A stretch of DNA of 64,000 bases. Origin: Geosiphon pyriformis uo1. Lineage: Eukaryota; Fungi; Glomeromycota. The position numbers and the translations under genes were made by a program. The stretch spans positions 1 through 64,000 of the forward strand of contig JAAOMT010000617.1 in assembly GCA_016748015.1 (NCBI GenBank). The letters run 5' to 3'. Below are positions 12,586 through 25,656 of the stretch, piece after piece (within the stretch, counting starts at the first letter, position 1; every line of letters starts with the position of its first letter). The notes under the pieces are model-generated. The model did not search any database. It was not told where the DNA came from and saw only the letters and a program-made list of their open reading frames with translations.

Positions 12586-14435
12586 CTGCCCAGTTTAATT
12601 AAAACCAAAACAGCTTTATGGTCTGTGTTAAAAAACTTAAAAACATCAATTATTATTTGCTTAATCACTAAAAACAAAAAATTTTTACTTATAAATAAAT
12701 AGTTAATAACTTTTGCAGTCTTTCTTAAATTGCTCTATGTGGGCATTTTAAGTAAAAGCTAACTCTTAAAGACATTAACTAAATCTAAACTTAAATACAA
12801 CCTATAGCTTGAATTTTTTTTAGAACTACTATCATTGAAATTTTCACAAACAATCATAAAAAAGCTAAAATTTATAGTTTAACAACAATTGCATTTATTT
12901 TTACCACTTGTTTAGCCTGTGTTATCACAAAAGCACATATATACAAGCCCAAAACTATGACCAAAAACTTATTCTTAAAAAGTAGTTAAACCAAGATTAA
13001 ACAGTCTAGGATTTTTTTGATTTTGGTTATATAACAGACCAAAAAAATATTCATGATTATTATTATATCAGTATTTGTAAAGTTTTTATTTAGCCCCAAA
13101 GTGAAAATCCAAATCTTATCAAATTTGTTTTTTATATAAGGCCTCTAATTAGATCTTAACTTAGTTTTATGACAATTAAAATCAAATACCTAATATTTTT
13201 GTGCCAATAAATAACATTTTTCTGCTTAGCAAGGATATTAATATCTCAAATATTGCATGTAGTAATTTTCTAAACAAGATTAGTTATTAAAAAAAATGTA
13301 ATCTCCAAACTCAAATTAGCATTATTTGTTCTGGCCAAAAGACTTAAAACTGTATTTAAGAGACTTTGCAAACTGTTTTCTAATTTAGAAATCACTAACT
13401 GATCCAAAAACACTACTTCTATAACAGTTTTACTATTAGTAATTACACTTAAACTCTTACTTATTACTATATTTACCTTTTGATTCTGTAATAATGGGTT
13501 TATTAATAGCTAACATCCAAAGATAGACTGGGAAATCATTGACTAAAGTATGTTTAATCTTTTAGTTAGCTTATCAACTTGCTTTATGAAACTAATAAGA
13601 CTGTACTCAAAAATGACAAATCTTTTATTTACTTTTTTTAAAATGAGTAAAATAGGCTTTATTTATAAAAATAAACCAAAACTTAAAAAAATATTTTACA
13701 TTAAAAAAGAAAAAAACAAAGATTTACTAACAACTTTTGTTTAAAAAATGCCACCAAAAAACACTGAATAAACTACAAAAACTGATTACTTGACATAAAT
13801 AACAGCCAGTTTGCTTTTATCTGCTTCAGAAAACATTTTATAAGGTAATTTATTAGAAGAAACATTCTTATTTACAGCACAGCTTAATAATATATAATCT
13901 AAATTCTTATATTTGACATATTTAATAAAGCTTAAATAAGACCAACATAGATTGGTGTTTTTTAGTACTTGTGTTGTTTTTATAACAGCATTCAATAACT
14001 TAAAAAAATCAAAACAAATGACTACAAATCTGGCTTTAGCATATATAACTAAATAATAATTAATAATACATGTTTTTTTATTAATTAATTCAATAAAATT
14101 CTAGATATTGTGAATATTTTTTTTACTAAAAGAGTATAAAACAATACTTTGTAACTGTTTTTTATATCTTATAATTCTTTATTTTTATCTGTCCTAGTAA
14201 TTTGTACAATATTTTTTTTAATCAGGATAGACTATTTTGCTGTTTAAATTGATCTAATTAAATTAGTTAAATTTTACTAAAGTTTTTTGCCATATTTTTA
14301 CCAATTGTATTTTAATCAACTTAATTAACCTAAATTCAAACAGTATTATACACAGTTTTGGTTAATATACCAATTAAGATTTTTTTATTACTACAGTTTA
14401 ATTTAACTGTTTAATAATATTTTTAAGATTGGTGT
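12586..14435 (-). mobile_element. Decayed LINE: ORF1 C-terminal part and ORF2 APE endonuclease domain
   Basis: The minus strand reads KITTCNI*DINILAKQ (decayed ATxNVRG APE start, ~13220-13280) and FFNTDHKAV (SDH-type motif, ~12610-12640). ORF1 remnant at 13786-13995. Confidence 0.8.
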
Positions 14436-15253
14436 TGTTACAGGTGATTATTTCTGCTGTTGAATTAAATAACAAACCTATAACTTGGTGCTCAAAAGCT
14501 ATTATAAACATGGATATTGGTAATCTAAAGATTTTCATATCTGAAGGTTTTGGTGTAAGTCCTTTGTATAATAGACAGAGATTCAATAGCATTGATAGTA
14601 GATGTATGCTTTTAAGAGTTTTCCCAATTTCTGTCTTAGCATGATGGCCAGATTTAGTCTGGTAGTCGTGTCTTTCTGATAAGCTATCCGATAATATATA
14701 AAATCCTATTTTTATTTCTGGGTCTTTTACCAGGCTATTCTTAATGTCAATAACTCAGTGCTCAATTTTTTAATCAATTAGTATACAACAACAAAGAAAA
14801 TAAAATAAAAAAAAGAAATAAAGAAAAACAGAAATAAAATAAGGAAATAAGCCAAGGCGATTTTGATTAGTATTCCGTCAATAGCCATGATCAAGAGCTA
14901 TTGTTCCAGTGTGGTTAAGCATTTGTTACTATCAACATAAAGTTGATAGTGGAAGATAAATTGAGGTATAAAAATAGTTATTTATTGATATTTGTAATGT
15001 GGAGGGGTGCTTAGATTAAATCTAACTTAGATGTCTCTTTTTTCTGCTTCTAATGCTATTCCTATATATACATAATTAAGATTCCTCAATTCCTCAATTC
15101 TTTGTGACAGGAATCCTGGGATTTCTGGAATCCTGCAATTCCTGGAATCCTGCAATTCCTGAGAGAAATCCTGGAATTCCATATTTTTACTGTGTCTACT
15201 TCTGATTGGCTAATTTATATACTAATATAATTCCTATATTTTTATGAGTAACA
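14436..15253 (-). repeat. 3' LTR of element A (818 bp)
   Basis: TGTTAC...GTAACA termini. Purine tract AAAAGAAGGGAA (minus strand) just inside at ~15256-15268. Confidence 0.95.
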
Positions 15254-15266
15254 TTATTCCCTTCTT

Positions 15267-15951
15267 TTAATATTGAGCTCTGTTGAAACCTCCTAATTTT
15301 TCAAATTCTTCTGTTTGTATTATTTCTTGAATTTTTTTTCTAAAATTATCTGTGTTATTTGAGTTTGTAATTTTTCGAATTGAGCATTGGTGATTTTTCC
15401 CAATTGGTTGACAGTAACAGTATCTATTGCTTTGTTGAGTAGTATTTCCGGCCAGTCTCAAAATACCGTATGTATTCTGTAAATGGCTCGGACTTGTGTG
15501 AGTAAGTTGTTTTTCCCCACAAAATATTCTAGTTGTTGCAGTATTGTGTTATTGAACAGTCATTTTGTTTTGTTTGTATACAAGTTTTAGATATCCACAT
15601 GTTGTCCCAAGTAGAAATAATAGTAGTTTTTCAAAAACTGTTGAGTCTACCAATTCCAAGTTTCTTTAGTCAGTTTTTGGTATTGTCCAACTATTTGTTG
15701 CTCTTTTATTGCCAGTTTCACTTTGGCAATTATTTTTTCTACCATGTTTCTAGACTTTTTCCGTATTTTGTTTTGTGACATCTTTGTTGTGTTTCTGTAC
15801 TGGATAGTTTGTTGATTGATTATGATCTTCACTTCTTGGTGTTGAATTAATTGAAAGAACTGTTGTGCTAGAGAGTGGATGTCGTCTGTAATTTCCATTT
15901 TTCTGATTTTTTTTGTCACATTAACCATGTCTTTATATAGTCTTTTGTCAA
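15267..15951 (-). pseudogene. ORF3 accessory protein of element A (unknown function)
   Basis: Fragments 15647-15928 and 15267-15461 end ...GGFNRAQY* next to the PPT. Homologous to 55987-56646. Confidence 0.75.
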
Positions 15952-17334
15952 TTAGTTTGACATGTTGGTGTTAATAATGATGATTGGTTCTAGATCTCGT
16001 GAAATCTTATCTGGTTGGACTAGTATTCTCTGTACCTCTAATTGTGGAATATTACTGGTAGATGATGATACTCTATTGTGATATAATTTCAGTTGATCTC
16101 TATGTGCTACTTTGCTCAAGATTTTGTTGTTCAATCTTAATTTATAAGCTTCATTTCCTAGAATTTCTTCTATGTAAAATGGTCCATCCCATTTGGGGTC
16201 AAATTTTCTACTCTATTGTTTTTCTGCTTTGGTATGATGTAAAAGTACTTTGTTTCTAATCTTGAATTCTACTGGTTTATCTGGTAGTTGGTTATCATGT
16301 CATTTTTTCTGTTTCTCTTGTGCCTTTTGTATGTTGTCAGCTGCTTTTCTTCTTTTGTTTTCCAGAGTTTCTATTAAGTAATATGTTCTTCTTAGCAATG
16401 TTTCTTGGAAATTCTCTTCTGTTATTGGTTTTGTTGAATATGTATTGACTTTTATCTCAACTGGTAATGTTGTTGTTCTACTGTATACCAATTCAAATAA
16501 TGTTGCTTGTGTAGTATCTTGCTTCATTGTCCAGTAAGCAAATAATACTGATGGTATTAATAAATCCCAATCATCTTGATTTTCTTGGCTCAGTTTGGCT
16601 ATCACTTTACACAATGTTCTGTTAAACCTTTCAACTAATCTGTTGGTTTGTGAATGGTATGGTAATAATAGTGGCCTCTTAATTCCGAATCTTTGGCTTA
16701 ATTCTGCTAATGTTCTGTTCACAAAATGAGTTTCTTGGTCTGAAAGTAATTCTTTTGGACATCCGTGTTGACAGATCAAATCTTGATGAATGAATTTGGC
16801 AATGGATTCTGTATCCGCTCTTTGAATTGCTTTTGCTTCTGGCTATTTGGTAAGATAGTCCATGGCTACTGCTATGTATCTGTTTCCTCTGTTGGTGATT
16901 GTTAATGGTCCAACTAAGTCAATTCCAATCCAATCAAATAGTTGTCTCACTTTAATTGGTCTTAATGGTTTGCTGGGTTTTGTTTCTCTTCTTCTTTGAC
17001 AAGCATCACAATTTTGAACATATTGGATGATGTTTGGATACATTGATGGCCAATAGTATCTTTTCCTGGCTCTTTTTATTGTGGCTTCTTTATAAAAATG
17101 TCCTGCTGTGGGATCTGAGTGTATGTTGTATAATATTGTCTCTTTTTCTGGCTTGGTGATAACTCTGAATAGTTAATTGGGCTCTTTTCTGTTTTTCCAA
17201 TAAAGTATATTCTGGTAAGTGATAAAATATTTTGATTGTTGTTTTATCTGGTTTTGTTCCTTTTGAGATAATTTCTTCTAGAACAATTGGGTATTAATAT
17301 AGTGTTGGAGTTGTTTATATTTTTGCATGTTTAT
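15952..17334 (-). pseudogene. Integrase of element A (HHCC, DDE, GPF motifs)
   Basis: CDAC, GIDLVGP, SDQETHF, LVERFN and WDGPF all in one frame; interrupted only by stops. Confidence 0.93.
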
Positions 17335-17395
17335 CTTTTGTTGTATTTTTCGGTTGATTGTTCTGGATTTGTTATATTTTTGGGTCAAAATGTTC

Positions 17396-20300
17396 TTAGA
17401 TCTGTCTCATTCACGACAGTCCATCTGCATTTCCATTGTCTTTTCCTTTTTTGTAATGTACTGTATAATTAAATAGTGATAATTCAATTTTCTATCTTGT
17501 GTGACATCCATCCCTAAATTCTTGTTTCTGGATTGATGTCAATCCTTTGTGATCAGTGTAGACATCAAATTTTTGGCTCAAGTATTTTTTCCATTTGGTT
17601 ACTGCCCAATATATAGCCAAATGTTCCAGTGCTGGCATTCCATAGTTTCTTTCTGCTGGAGTCAAATCTCTGCTTGCATATGCTACTAGATGTTTTCTTC
17701 TATCTGGACCTCTTTGTGATAATACTGCTCCCAATGTCTGACCTGATGCATCCATGGTGATCATGAATGGCTTGTTGTGGTCAGGGTATATCAGTATTAG
17801 AGCTTGGATTAGTTTTTTCCTTAGTATATCAAATGCTTCTTGTTGAGATTCAGTCCACTTATACTTAGTGTTCTTTGTCAAAGCTGATTTAATGGCTGGG
17901 CTATTTTGGAAAAGTTTTGGATAAAGTGTTGGTAATATCTAGCAAACCCCAAGAATGCTCTTAATTCTGTGAGATTTTTTAGTTCCAAAAAGTTTCTGAC
18001 TGTCTCAATTTTTTCTGGGTCTGTCTTGATGCCATCTTTGCTCACCATGTGTCCCAAAAACTGAAGTTCTGTTTTTCCAAAGAAATATTTGTTAGCATTT
18101 AGCTTCAATCCAGCTCTTCTTAGTCTTTCAAACACCTGTTGTAAATGGTGGAGATGATCATCGAACATTTCTGAGAACACATTGGTGTCATCCAAGTATA
18201 CTACAACTGACTTCCATAGTAAGCCTCGATATATGATTTTTATTAGCCATTGAAATATGGCTGGTGCATTCATTAAGCCAAATGGCATAACTTCAAACTC
18301 GAAATTCCCTTTTCTGATGGTAAAAGCAGTCTTCTCTTTGTTGTCTGAGTTTATGGCTACTTGCCAATAACCACTGTCCAAGTCTAATGTTGAGAACTAT
18401 TTCTTCTCACCAAAAGTGTTGAATAGTTCTTGGATCCAGGGAGTTGGATAACTGTCCTTATGAGTTACACTATTGAGTTTTTTATAATCCACACAAAAGC
18501 AAATTTTTCCATTTTTCTTATGGATGAGTACCACTGGTAATAACCATGGGCTCATTGATGGCTGAATTAGCCCGTTGTTAAGCATCTGGTTGATTTCTTG
18601 ACGAATAATCTCATGGCTGGTGGGTGGCACTCTGTATGCCCTCTGTTTGATTGGCATCACATCTTCAGTCTTGATCTGGTGCTGGATGATGTCAGTTTTG
18701 CCAAATTTATTTTCACTGGCAAAGATGTCATTAAAGTTGTTGAGCAATATCTTGAGCTGTATTCTTTGAAGTAGGTCTAAGTTGCCCATGTTTATTTGGT
18801 CCAATTGTTCTGGCTGGAGCAAATAACATTTGTTTTGTTCATATATTGTTTGTGATGTAATATCCACATATTCACAAAGTTGTGAAAAGTCTGGAATGTA
18901 GTGTGGCAGCTGATCCTCTATTTCTGTGCTTAAGTATCCAATTATTGTCTTGACTGAAATCTTGATGATATTTCCAGTGTTGTTGTAAATGGGAATTTTG
19001 ATGTGGTTGTGGTTTTTGGCTGGTATGTGAAGATTAACAAGTCCAATCTCTCCTAATTCACAAAGAGCTGGTTCGGCTTCGAAAATCTGCGACTGATCCT
19101 TTACTTTTCGCTCTATAGTTACCATGTGCTAGCCATATAGTGGAATAGAGATTGCTTGACTGGTGGAGATAATTTCTCTCTTGTCAACAATCTTTTCTTC
19201 CATTATATTGACTGGCACATTTATTTTACCCATGGATCTGAATCCCTGTGTCCCTCTTGTAATTATCTTTAATTCCTCCTTTGTTCCCACTGACACTAAG
19301 CTAGCTATTTTGACTAATGGCAGGAATATTGCCTGTGCTATCTTTTCATTTGGCTCAATGGTATAAGCCTTTTTTGAGTCATTTTGTAGCATAGCAATAA
19401 TATTTCCTACATATCCTGCATCAATTATTCCTCCTCTGATGTTGACTCCCTTCTTTGCTAAACTACTTCTAAATGCTAGTAGAATCATGATGGTAGCTGA
19501 GATCTTCATTGCTACTTTCAAATCAATGCTGGTGCATGAGTATGGTTCTAATTTGATGGCATTTTTCTCTGAATACCTCAGATCAAACCCTGCACCAGTA
19601 TCATGTGCACGTTCTGGCATAATACCTTCATCATTATTACTAAACCATTTAAGCTCTTGCTCTTTGGAGAGGTCAGGGAGTGCGATATATTGTTTGTATT
19701 TTGAATTGGAGTTTGAATCTGAGTTCTAATCGTTGCTTTTGTGAGTGAAGTTTGAACTGGTGTTTTTGTCATCATCATCATTGTTGGAGTTTGAATTGCA
19801 ATTAATCAGCAATTCTGATTCCGATGAGCAGCTGCTGATTGGCTTTTTTTTTTCTGGGATCGTGTAGATTATGCGTGGTGGTGGATTGTAAATAAGATCA
19901 CACTCATTACAATATTGAAAGTCACATAGGATCAAACAGTGGTCACATAGTCGAGTGTTTAATTGTGCTAAACACTCTTCTTGTTCTTCTCTTGTGGGTG
20001 CTAGATTTTGATAATGCTCCTGAAATTTTTTTGGATCATCCATGACTTCATCTAATATGTTATCTATTAGGCCATATTCTGGCTCAGGAAGTAATAGTGG
20101 ATTGTTCTTGATTTCTCTTAGTTCCTCAACTGTAGCTCCTTTCATCATTGTGTAGGCCATCCTCCAGATCTTGTCTTCGTCATGTGGGTATTCTTCCAAT
20201 CGTCGTAATGCTCTTTTCCAGGCATTGTCGATTGGAGTTCTCTTTCATATCCAGTCATTGATTAGGATTGTGTATTGGCATGTCTTGTCGCATGCTCCTC

Positions 20301-23300
20301 CTCTTCCAGAAATGTCTTTCCACATTCCTTCATCTAAGAGAGTATCTCCACAAGCTAAACACAAGGTACTGTCCCATTTTCTTATTTTTGGCGGCCGTCC
20401 ATCACGTTCAAGGACGCATGAGCAACAGTAGTATTTGGTCACAGTAGACCATTCCTCATCTTTGTTGCAACATGTGCCCATTGATGACAATTTTTTGCCA
20501 CAATCAACACACACTAGCTTGGGTTGACAGTATTGAGCTGGTGGTTAGTAAGTGTATGAGACATAAGTTAATTTGTTGGCTAGTATCGGCTTTTTTTCTT
20601 GTTCCTTCTCTTTTTTTTTTTTTTTTCGACTCCATTCAGCAGTTGTTTTGCTCTGGCTGTTGTCATTCCATGCTTCTAGGTTTGGTTTCCAAACAAGTTC
20701 TTCTTCTTCCTTTTTTCTTTTGTCATTTCAAGGTAAAATAGATGGTAACTCGTTGTGATCATTATTGGCCCACGAAACTTGGTAAGCTTCCCAGGTAGGT
20801 TTTACTTCTTCTTTTTCTAGCTTAATCAATGGTCATTTGCTTGAGGAGACTTTGAAGTGGCCACATGTGGCTGGCACCCATGTATGTTGACCATTGAATG
20901 CTAGCTGGAGTTCTTGGGTGTTCCAGTCTAGTGTTGCGTTGGCCTTGGACAGCCAGTCATTATCAACAAGAGCTTGGTATTGGGTGGTTTTCATCACTAA
21001 GACTTTAATAGAAGTGACAATACCATTGATGTTAAATGGGAAGTCATCTATCTCGCCAATAGGTGTTTTGGTTGTTCCATTGACTGTGATGATTCTGGTA
21101 CTGGTAGTGTGATCAACTTGGCAACCTAATTGGTCTATGAGTTGTCATGTGATAATGCTGCCTGCTGACCCACTGTCAAGGATCAATTTGATGGATTGAC
21201 CATCAACTTTAGCATTAGTGTACATTGCTGTGATAGGTTTTTCATTGAGAGCAGCTCCACTAAATAATGGGACATTGGACAGTTCTTCGAATTCAAATGA
21301 GAAAATCGCAGCTAGGAACTGGTTTTTGGTGACAGTTGCTGGTGGAATATTGCTGGTGAGTGATAATCATTGGTTGGGTTCCAGTTTGTTGGATGAAGCA
21401 TCTTTTGGGGTAACCAGGAGACTTAAATAGTGCTGGGAATTTGGGTTTTGAGGATAACTGGTGCCCGAATTCCACTGATGAGATCCTGATTGTTGGGTTG
21501 ATGAGCTGGAGATTGGTTGATGGACTACTATTAACGATTGCCAGTTTTGTTGGGTGATTCTTGGCCTTTGGACTCCACTGGCAGGGAAGTTTTGTGGCAG
21601 TGTCTGAACCATTTGGGGTTGATAGATTGTTGGTGGTTGTGGTTAATATATTACTTGTGGCTGTGGATGATAAATCGGGGCTTGATATATTGGTGGTTGA
21701 TAAATTGGTTGCTGTGTCATTGGCGCATAATGAGGTAAGTGTTGGTATTGTTCTTGATTTTGCTGGGAACTCGAAGTTTGGAACCGGCAATTGGGGCTTC
21801 GATATTGATTTCCCAACTGTTGGTTATTTAAACACTGACAGCAATCGACTTGTATGTGTCTTTGTCTATCACAATAGTGGCAAATATGCGTTTCTTGTTA
21901 CTACTGTTAATTGGCCGAAGATAATAGATGTGGTTGATTTTGGACGCAATTGGAGTTTTTCTGATTATTGCATCGTTGTGGTGATTAATAGATTGCTCGA
22001 TTGTCAGCTAAGTATTCCTCTAATTTTTGATTGATGGAATCACTGAATTGTTTCAATTTAGAATCCAATTTAGATGATCCGTTTATTGCTAGATTTATGG
22101 CTTGGGCATGGTTAGCTTCAAGTTTAGCTAATTTGAAATCTTGGGCATGTGTGACTGCTGCTTGAAGGTTGGCTGGATGTAATGAACATACACATTGCAA
22201 GATACTGCTGTATAAGCTGTGAATAAACTGGTTCAGGATTTGTGGCACTGTAAAGTAGTTAATGTCTATGGCTTGGATTTGGCGCAGATTGTAATGGAAG
22301 CATCCCAAATAAGTGGTGACTGCTTCTGTTTCTCCTTGTCTAATGCTGATGAAGGTGTTGGCTAGGTGATTGATACTGTTATTATTATTAAAGTACTGGA
22401 GAAATTCCTGTTTGAACACAGCAAAATCCTGGGGCTTGTTAATTAAGCTTTGGTACCATGAGTTGGCAGTATTCTGGAGAAAATATGGAATGGCCTGTAG
22501 AGCACATGCATCATTCCATCTGTTGGCTATAATGGCTTTCTTGACATCGTTAAGCCATACTTGGGTGTCGTCTTTCTTGCCAGTAAACTTTTCGATTTTG
22601 GTGATGGGCGCATAGGCCATTTGTTGAACTGGTTGAATTGGTTGCTAAAGTGGTACTTGAGGTGGTTGAATTGGCTCACTGATTGGCTTAATTGGTGGTT
22701 AATCAATGTCAATAACTAGAAATAGGTTTTACTGATGAATTAAATTAGGGTTTTGATTTCTTTAATTTGGCAGAGTTTGAATATTCAGAGTTTTGATTTC
22801 CAGATTTTCTAAATGTTGCTGAGTTTGAATGTTTGGGTTTTCTAAGATTGGGTTTTGGTAATTAAATTACTGATCTTTATCTTCTTCTTCTTCTGATTCA
22901 GTTACTTCTCAGGAACTAGTAGTTTCAAAATCTGGTTGATGTGACAGTGATCAAAATTCTGATGGTATTGGCAATCATGATTTAAATCCTTCAAAATAAT
23001 TGCCATATGTTCCTAATAGGTTGACTTTTGCTTGTTTACTCTGGAAGGAAATTCTAGCTATTGGTGTTTTCATGCTGGTGGACGTGCTTATTGATGTGAT
23101 ATTGATGGTACTTCCAGGTATGTGGTAATATGATGGATATATTGGGGATTCAATTTTTTGTTTCTTCCAATTAGGTACTTGTATTCTCTTGAGTGTTACT
23201 GCTGGCATTTGTAGCTTTCCTTTGTCTTTTGCATAGGTAATTGGATATCTTTGTTGAGTGTGATTTTCAATTTTTCTGTTGATCTCAGTGATGATTGATG

Positions 23301-23541
23301 TGAAATTGTGGTTTACTGATAGGCTAGTCTGTTGAATTAATTTGTTGTAAAAGTTTTTTCTTGCTGATTCTGTATCTACTGGAATTCCCAGATAATAGGA
23401 AATTCTTTTGTTGACATAGAAATTGAAAGCTGATTCTGCTGATAGATGATTGTTGGTCAATCCCAAGTATTGACAATAGTGTTGAAATAGGGATTTTGTG
23501 AATCTTAAATGGTTGGCTCCTATTCTTTCTGATTCTGCCAC
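17396..23541 (-). pseudogene. gag-pol: gag-protease-Cys-rich-dUTPase-RT-RNase H polyprotein of element A
   Basis: Capsid MAYAPI...WL...W...WY (21985-22620), CHYCxxxxHxxxxC knuckle (~21840-21882), LILDSGS protease (~21170), RT FCVDY / DSGYWQ / MPFGL / YLDD, RNase H DAS...YAS...YTDH. Confidence 0.93.
19227..19620 (-). pseudogene. dut: dUTPase domain within pol of element A
   Basis: All five trimeric dUTPase motifs recognisable: AGFDL, RSS, GIIDAGY, IAQ, RGxQGFxS. Confidence 0.92.
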
Positions 23542-23586
23542 TTTTTGGTTTGGTGTTGTTGGTGCTGGTTCTCTGTAGGATTATAT

Positions 23587-23602
23587 CTCACAGAGAGCAC
23601 CA
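23587..23602 (-). promoter_or_regulatory. Primer-binding site of element A
   Basis: TGGTGCTCTCTGTGAG 2 nt inside the 5' LTR. Complementary to a tRNA ending ...GAGCACCA (elongator-Met or Ile-UAU type by recall; not determined). Confidence 0.85.
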
Positions 23603-23604
23603 AA

Positions 23605-24455
23605 TGTTACAGGTGATTATTTCTGCTGTTGAATTAAATAACAAACCCATAATTTGGTGCTCAAAAGCTATTATAAACGTGGATGTTGGTAATCTAAAGA
23701 TTTTTGTATCTGAAGATTTTGGTGCAAGTCCTTTGTATAATGAACAGAGATTCAATAGCGTTGATAGTAGATGTATGCTTCTAAAAGTTTTCCCAATTTC
23801 TGTCTCAGTGTGGTGGCCAGATTTAGTCTGGCAGTTGTGCTCTTCTAGTAAGCTATCCAATAATATATAAAATTTTACTCTTATTTCTGGGTCTTTTACC
23901 AGGCTATCCTTGACATCAATAACTCAATGCTCAATTTTTTAATCAATTAGTATACAACAACAAAGAAAATAAAATAAAGAAAAGAAATAAAGAAAAACAG
24001 AAATAAAATAAGGAAATAAGCCAAGGTGATTTTGATTAATATTCTATCAATAACCATGATCAAAAGCTGGTTAAGCATTCATTACTATTAACATAAAATT
24101 GATAATAGAAGATAAATTGAGGTATGAAAATAGTTATTTATTGATATTTGTGATGTGGAGAGGTGCTTAGATTAAATCTAACTTAGATGTCTCTCTTTTT
24201 TGCTTCTAATGCTATTTCTATATATACATAATTGAGATTCCTCAATTCCTTAATTCTTCGTGACAGGAATTCTGGGATTTCTGGAATCCTGCAATTTCTG
24301 ATGAGAGGAATTCTGCAATTCCTCTTGAAAAATCCTAAAATTCTTGAAATTCTGTAATTCCTGAGAGGAATTCTGGAATTCCACATTTTTACTGTATCTA
24401 CTTCTAATTGGCTAATTTATATACTAATATAATTCCTATATTTTTATGAGTAATA
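23605..24455 (-). repeat. 5' LTR of element A (851 bp)
   Basis: Aligns to 14436-15253, with a longer U3 repeat array and a ~13-bp deletion. Confidence 0.95.
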
Positions 24456-25110
24456 GTGTTTACTAAGATTTTTGCACTTCTAGTTTTTTCAAAAGTCTGT
24501 ATTAAGCTTGATTCAAAAATAAATATTACTTTAATAATTTTAGCAAATCTTAAAGAAGTTAAAGTCTTCCAAAAACATTGATTTTTAAAAACAGTTTTCT
24601 AATTATCATAAGCTTTTTTTGAAAAGACTTTTTAATTACTTTATTTAAGCCAATATTCAAAACAAATGATTTTCTGATAGAAATACTTATTAGATTCTTT
24701 AAAAAATGAGAAAGAGCTAGTGAAGCATTTAATAAAACATTATTGTCATCATTATTCAAAAAATTAAATTTTTTTAATGATTTCTTTAGAGCTTTTTGGT
24801 CTTTATTTATGAACTTTTTGGTGTTTAATTAAAATTTTTTTCTTTAAAAGCATTTTTTTTACTATAATTAAAACTGGTTTTCTTTGCTAAACACTTTTTT
24901 TTCATGTTAACACTATTAAATTTTATAGTGTTATCAGTATTCAAATCCTATAACAGTCATTTAATCTTTTAATAAAAACTTTTTTGTCATTAATATTATC
25001 TTCCAAAACACTCTTCTTTTTTTTTTGATAATATAGATTTATTAATAATATTAGAGCCAGAATTCTTAATAGATTTCTTCATAATAGCAATACTAAGGCC
25101 AATAGTGGTT
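24456..25110 (-). mobile_element. Decayed LINE 5' end / ORF1 N-terminus (continues at 14435)
   Basis: ORF 24559-24759 (IRKSFVLNIGLNKV...RKLF..INVFG); in-frame junction across element A. Confidence 0.75.
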
Positions 25111-25556
25111 TTATAGTTGAGCAAAAATGATTTAAATTAATTATATTGAATGTAAAAACTTTTTTTAATAAATTGATTTTTTTTAATAAATTTTGGATAT
25201 AGAAAAAAAAAGTTTTTATTTAATATTATATAATAAAAAAACTTGTATAATTAATTAAATTTTGTTTTATATAATTATATTAAAATATATAATTATTTTT
25301 TAAAACTAAAAAATTATGCAAATTTATATTTAAACTAATTTTTGTTTATGTTTTTTATTAGTTTTAAAAAGTATAAAATTATTGTTTTATTAATTTTATA
25401 AAACAAATAAATAAGTTAATAAAAAGATTAAATATTTTTAACTAGTAATTTTCTAATTTTATTTTAAATATAAGCTATTAATAAATTTTTATAATAAAAT
25501 TAAAAGTAATATAATAATAAATAAAAATTTAAATATATTTATTAATAAAAACTGTT

Positions 25557-25656
25557 GGTCACGTGTAGAAAATACATGATTTACATCTAGTTTAGATTAA
25601 TTATTTGATGTATTGTATTAAATTGTGTTTGGACCTTACTTATTAAATAAAATAAA
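25557..25656 (+). mobile_element. Severely 5'-truncated LINE insertion (3' UTR + A-tail only)
   Basis: Aligns to the 3' UTR of 2117-2235 (GTCAC...AGAAA.TACATGATT.ACATCTAGTTTAGAT). Flanked by the direct repeat AAAAACTGTT at 25547-25556 and 25657-25666. Confidence 0.8.

Larger units (their letters stand above)
14436..24455 (-). mobile_element. Element A: full-length Ty3/gypsy LTR retrotransposon (family 1), inserted in LINE ORF1
   Basis: LTRs 14436-15253 and 23605-24455. TSD GTGT (14432-14435, 24456-24459). Removing the element restores LINE ORF1 in frame (KILVN-TNL). PBS and PPT present. Confidence 0.97.

Noticed and set aside
6485-12589. CTGT/CTGC as the TSD of one intact element spanning 6489-12585
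   Set aside because: The two LTRs are different subfamilies and the flanking LINE sequences are not contiguous.
21293-22034. Alternative-frame and antisense ORFs over gag (also 48677-49201, 29155-29508)
   Set aside because: They are shadows of Gln/Pro/Asn-rich gag codons, with no independent motifs.
23550-23870. Recurrent LTR ORFs (MDSL.E.H.CQTKS..., and antisense ...LQVIISAVELNNKPI...) as independent genes
   Set aside because: Recurrence follows from LTR repetition. The frame is not preserved between A and Y (57281-57505 ends in another frame).
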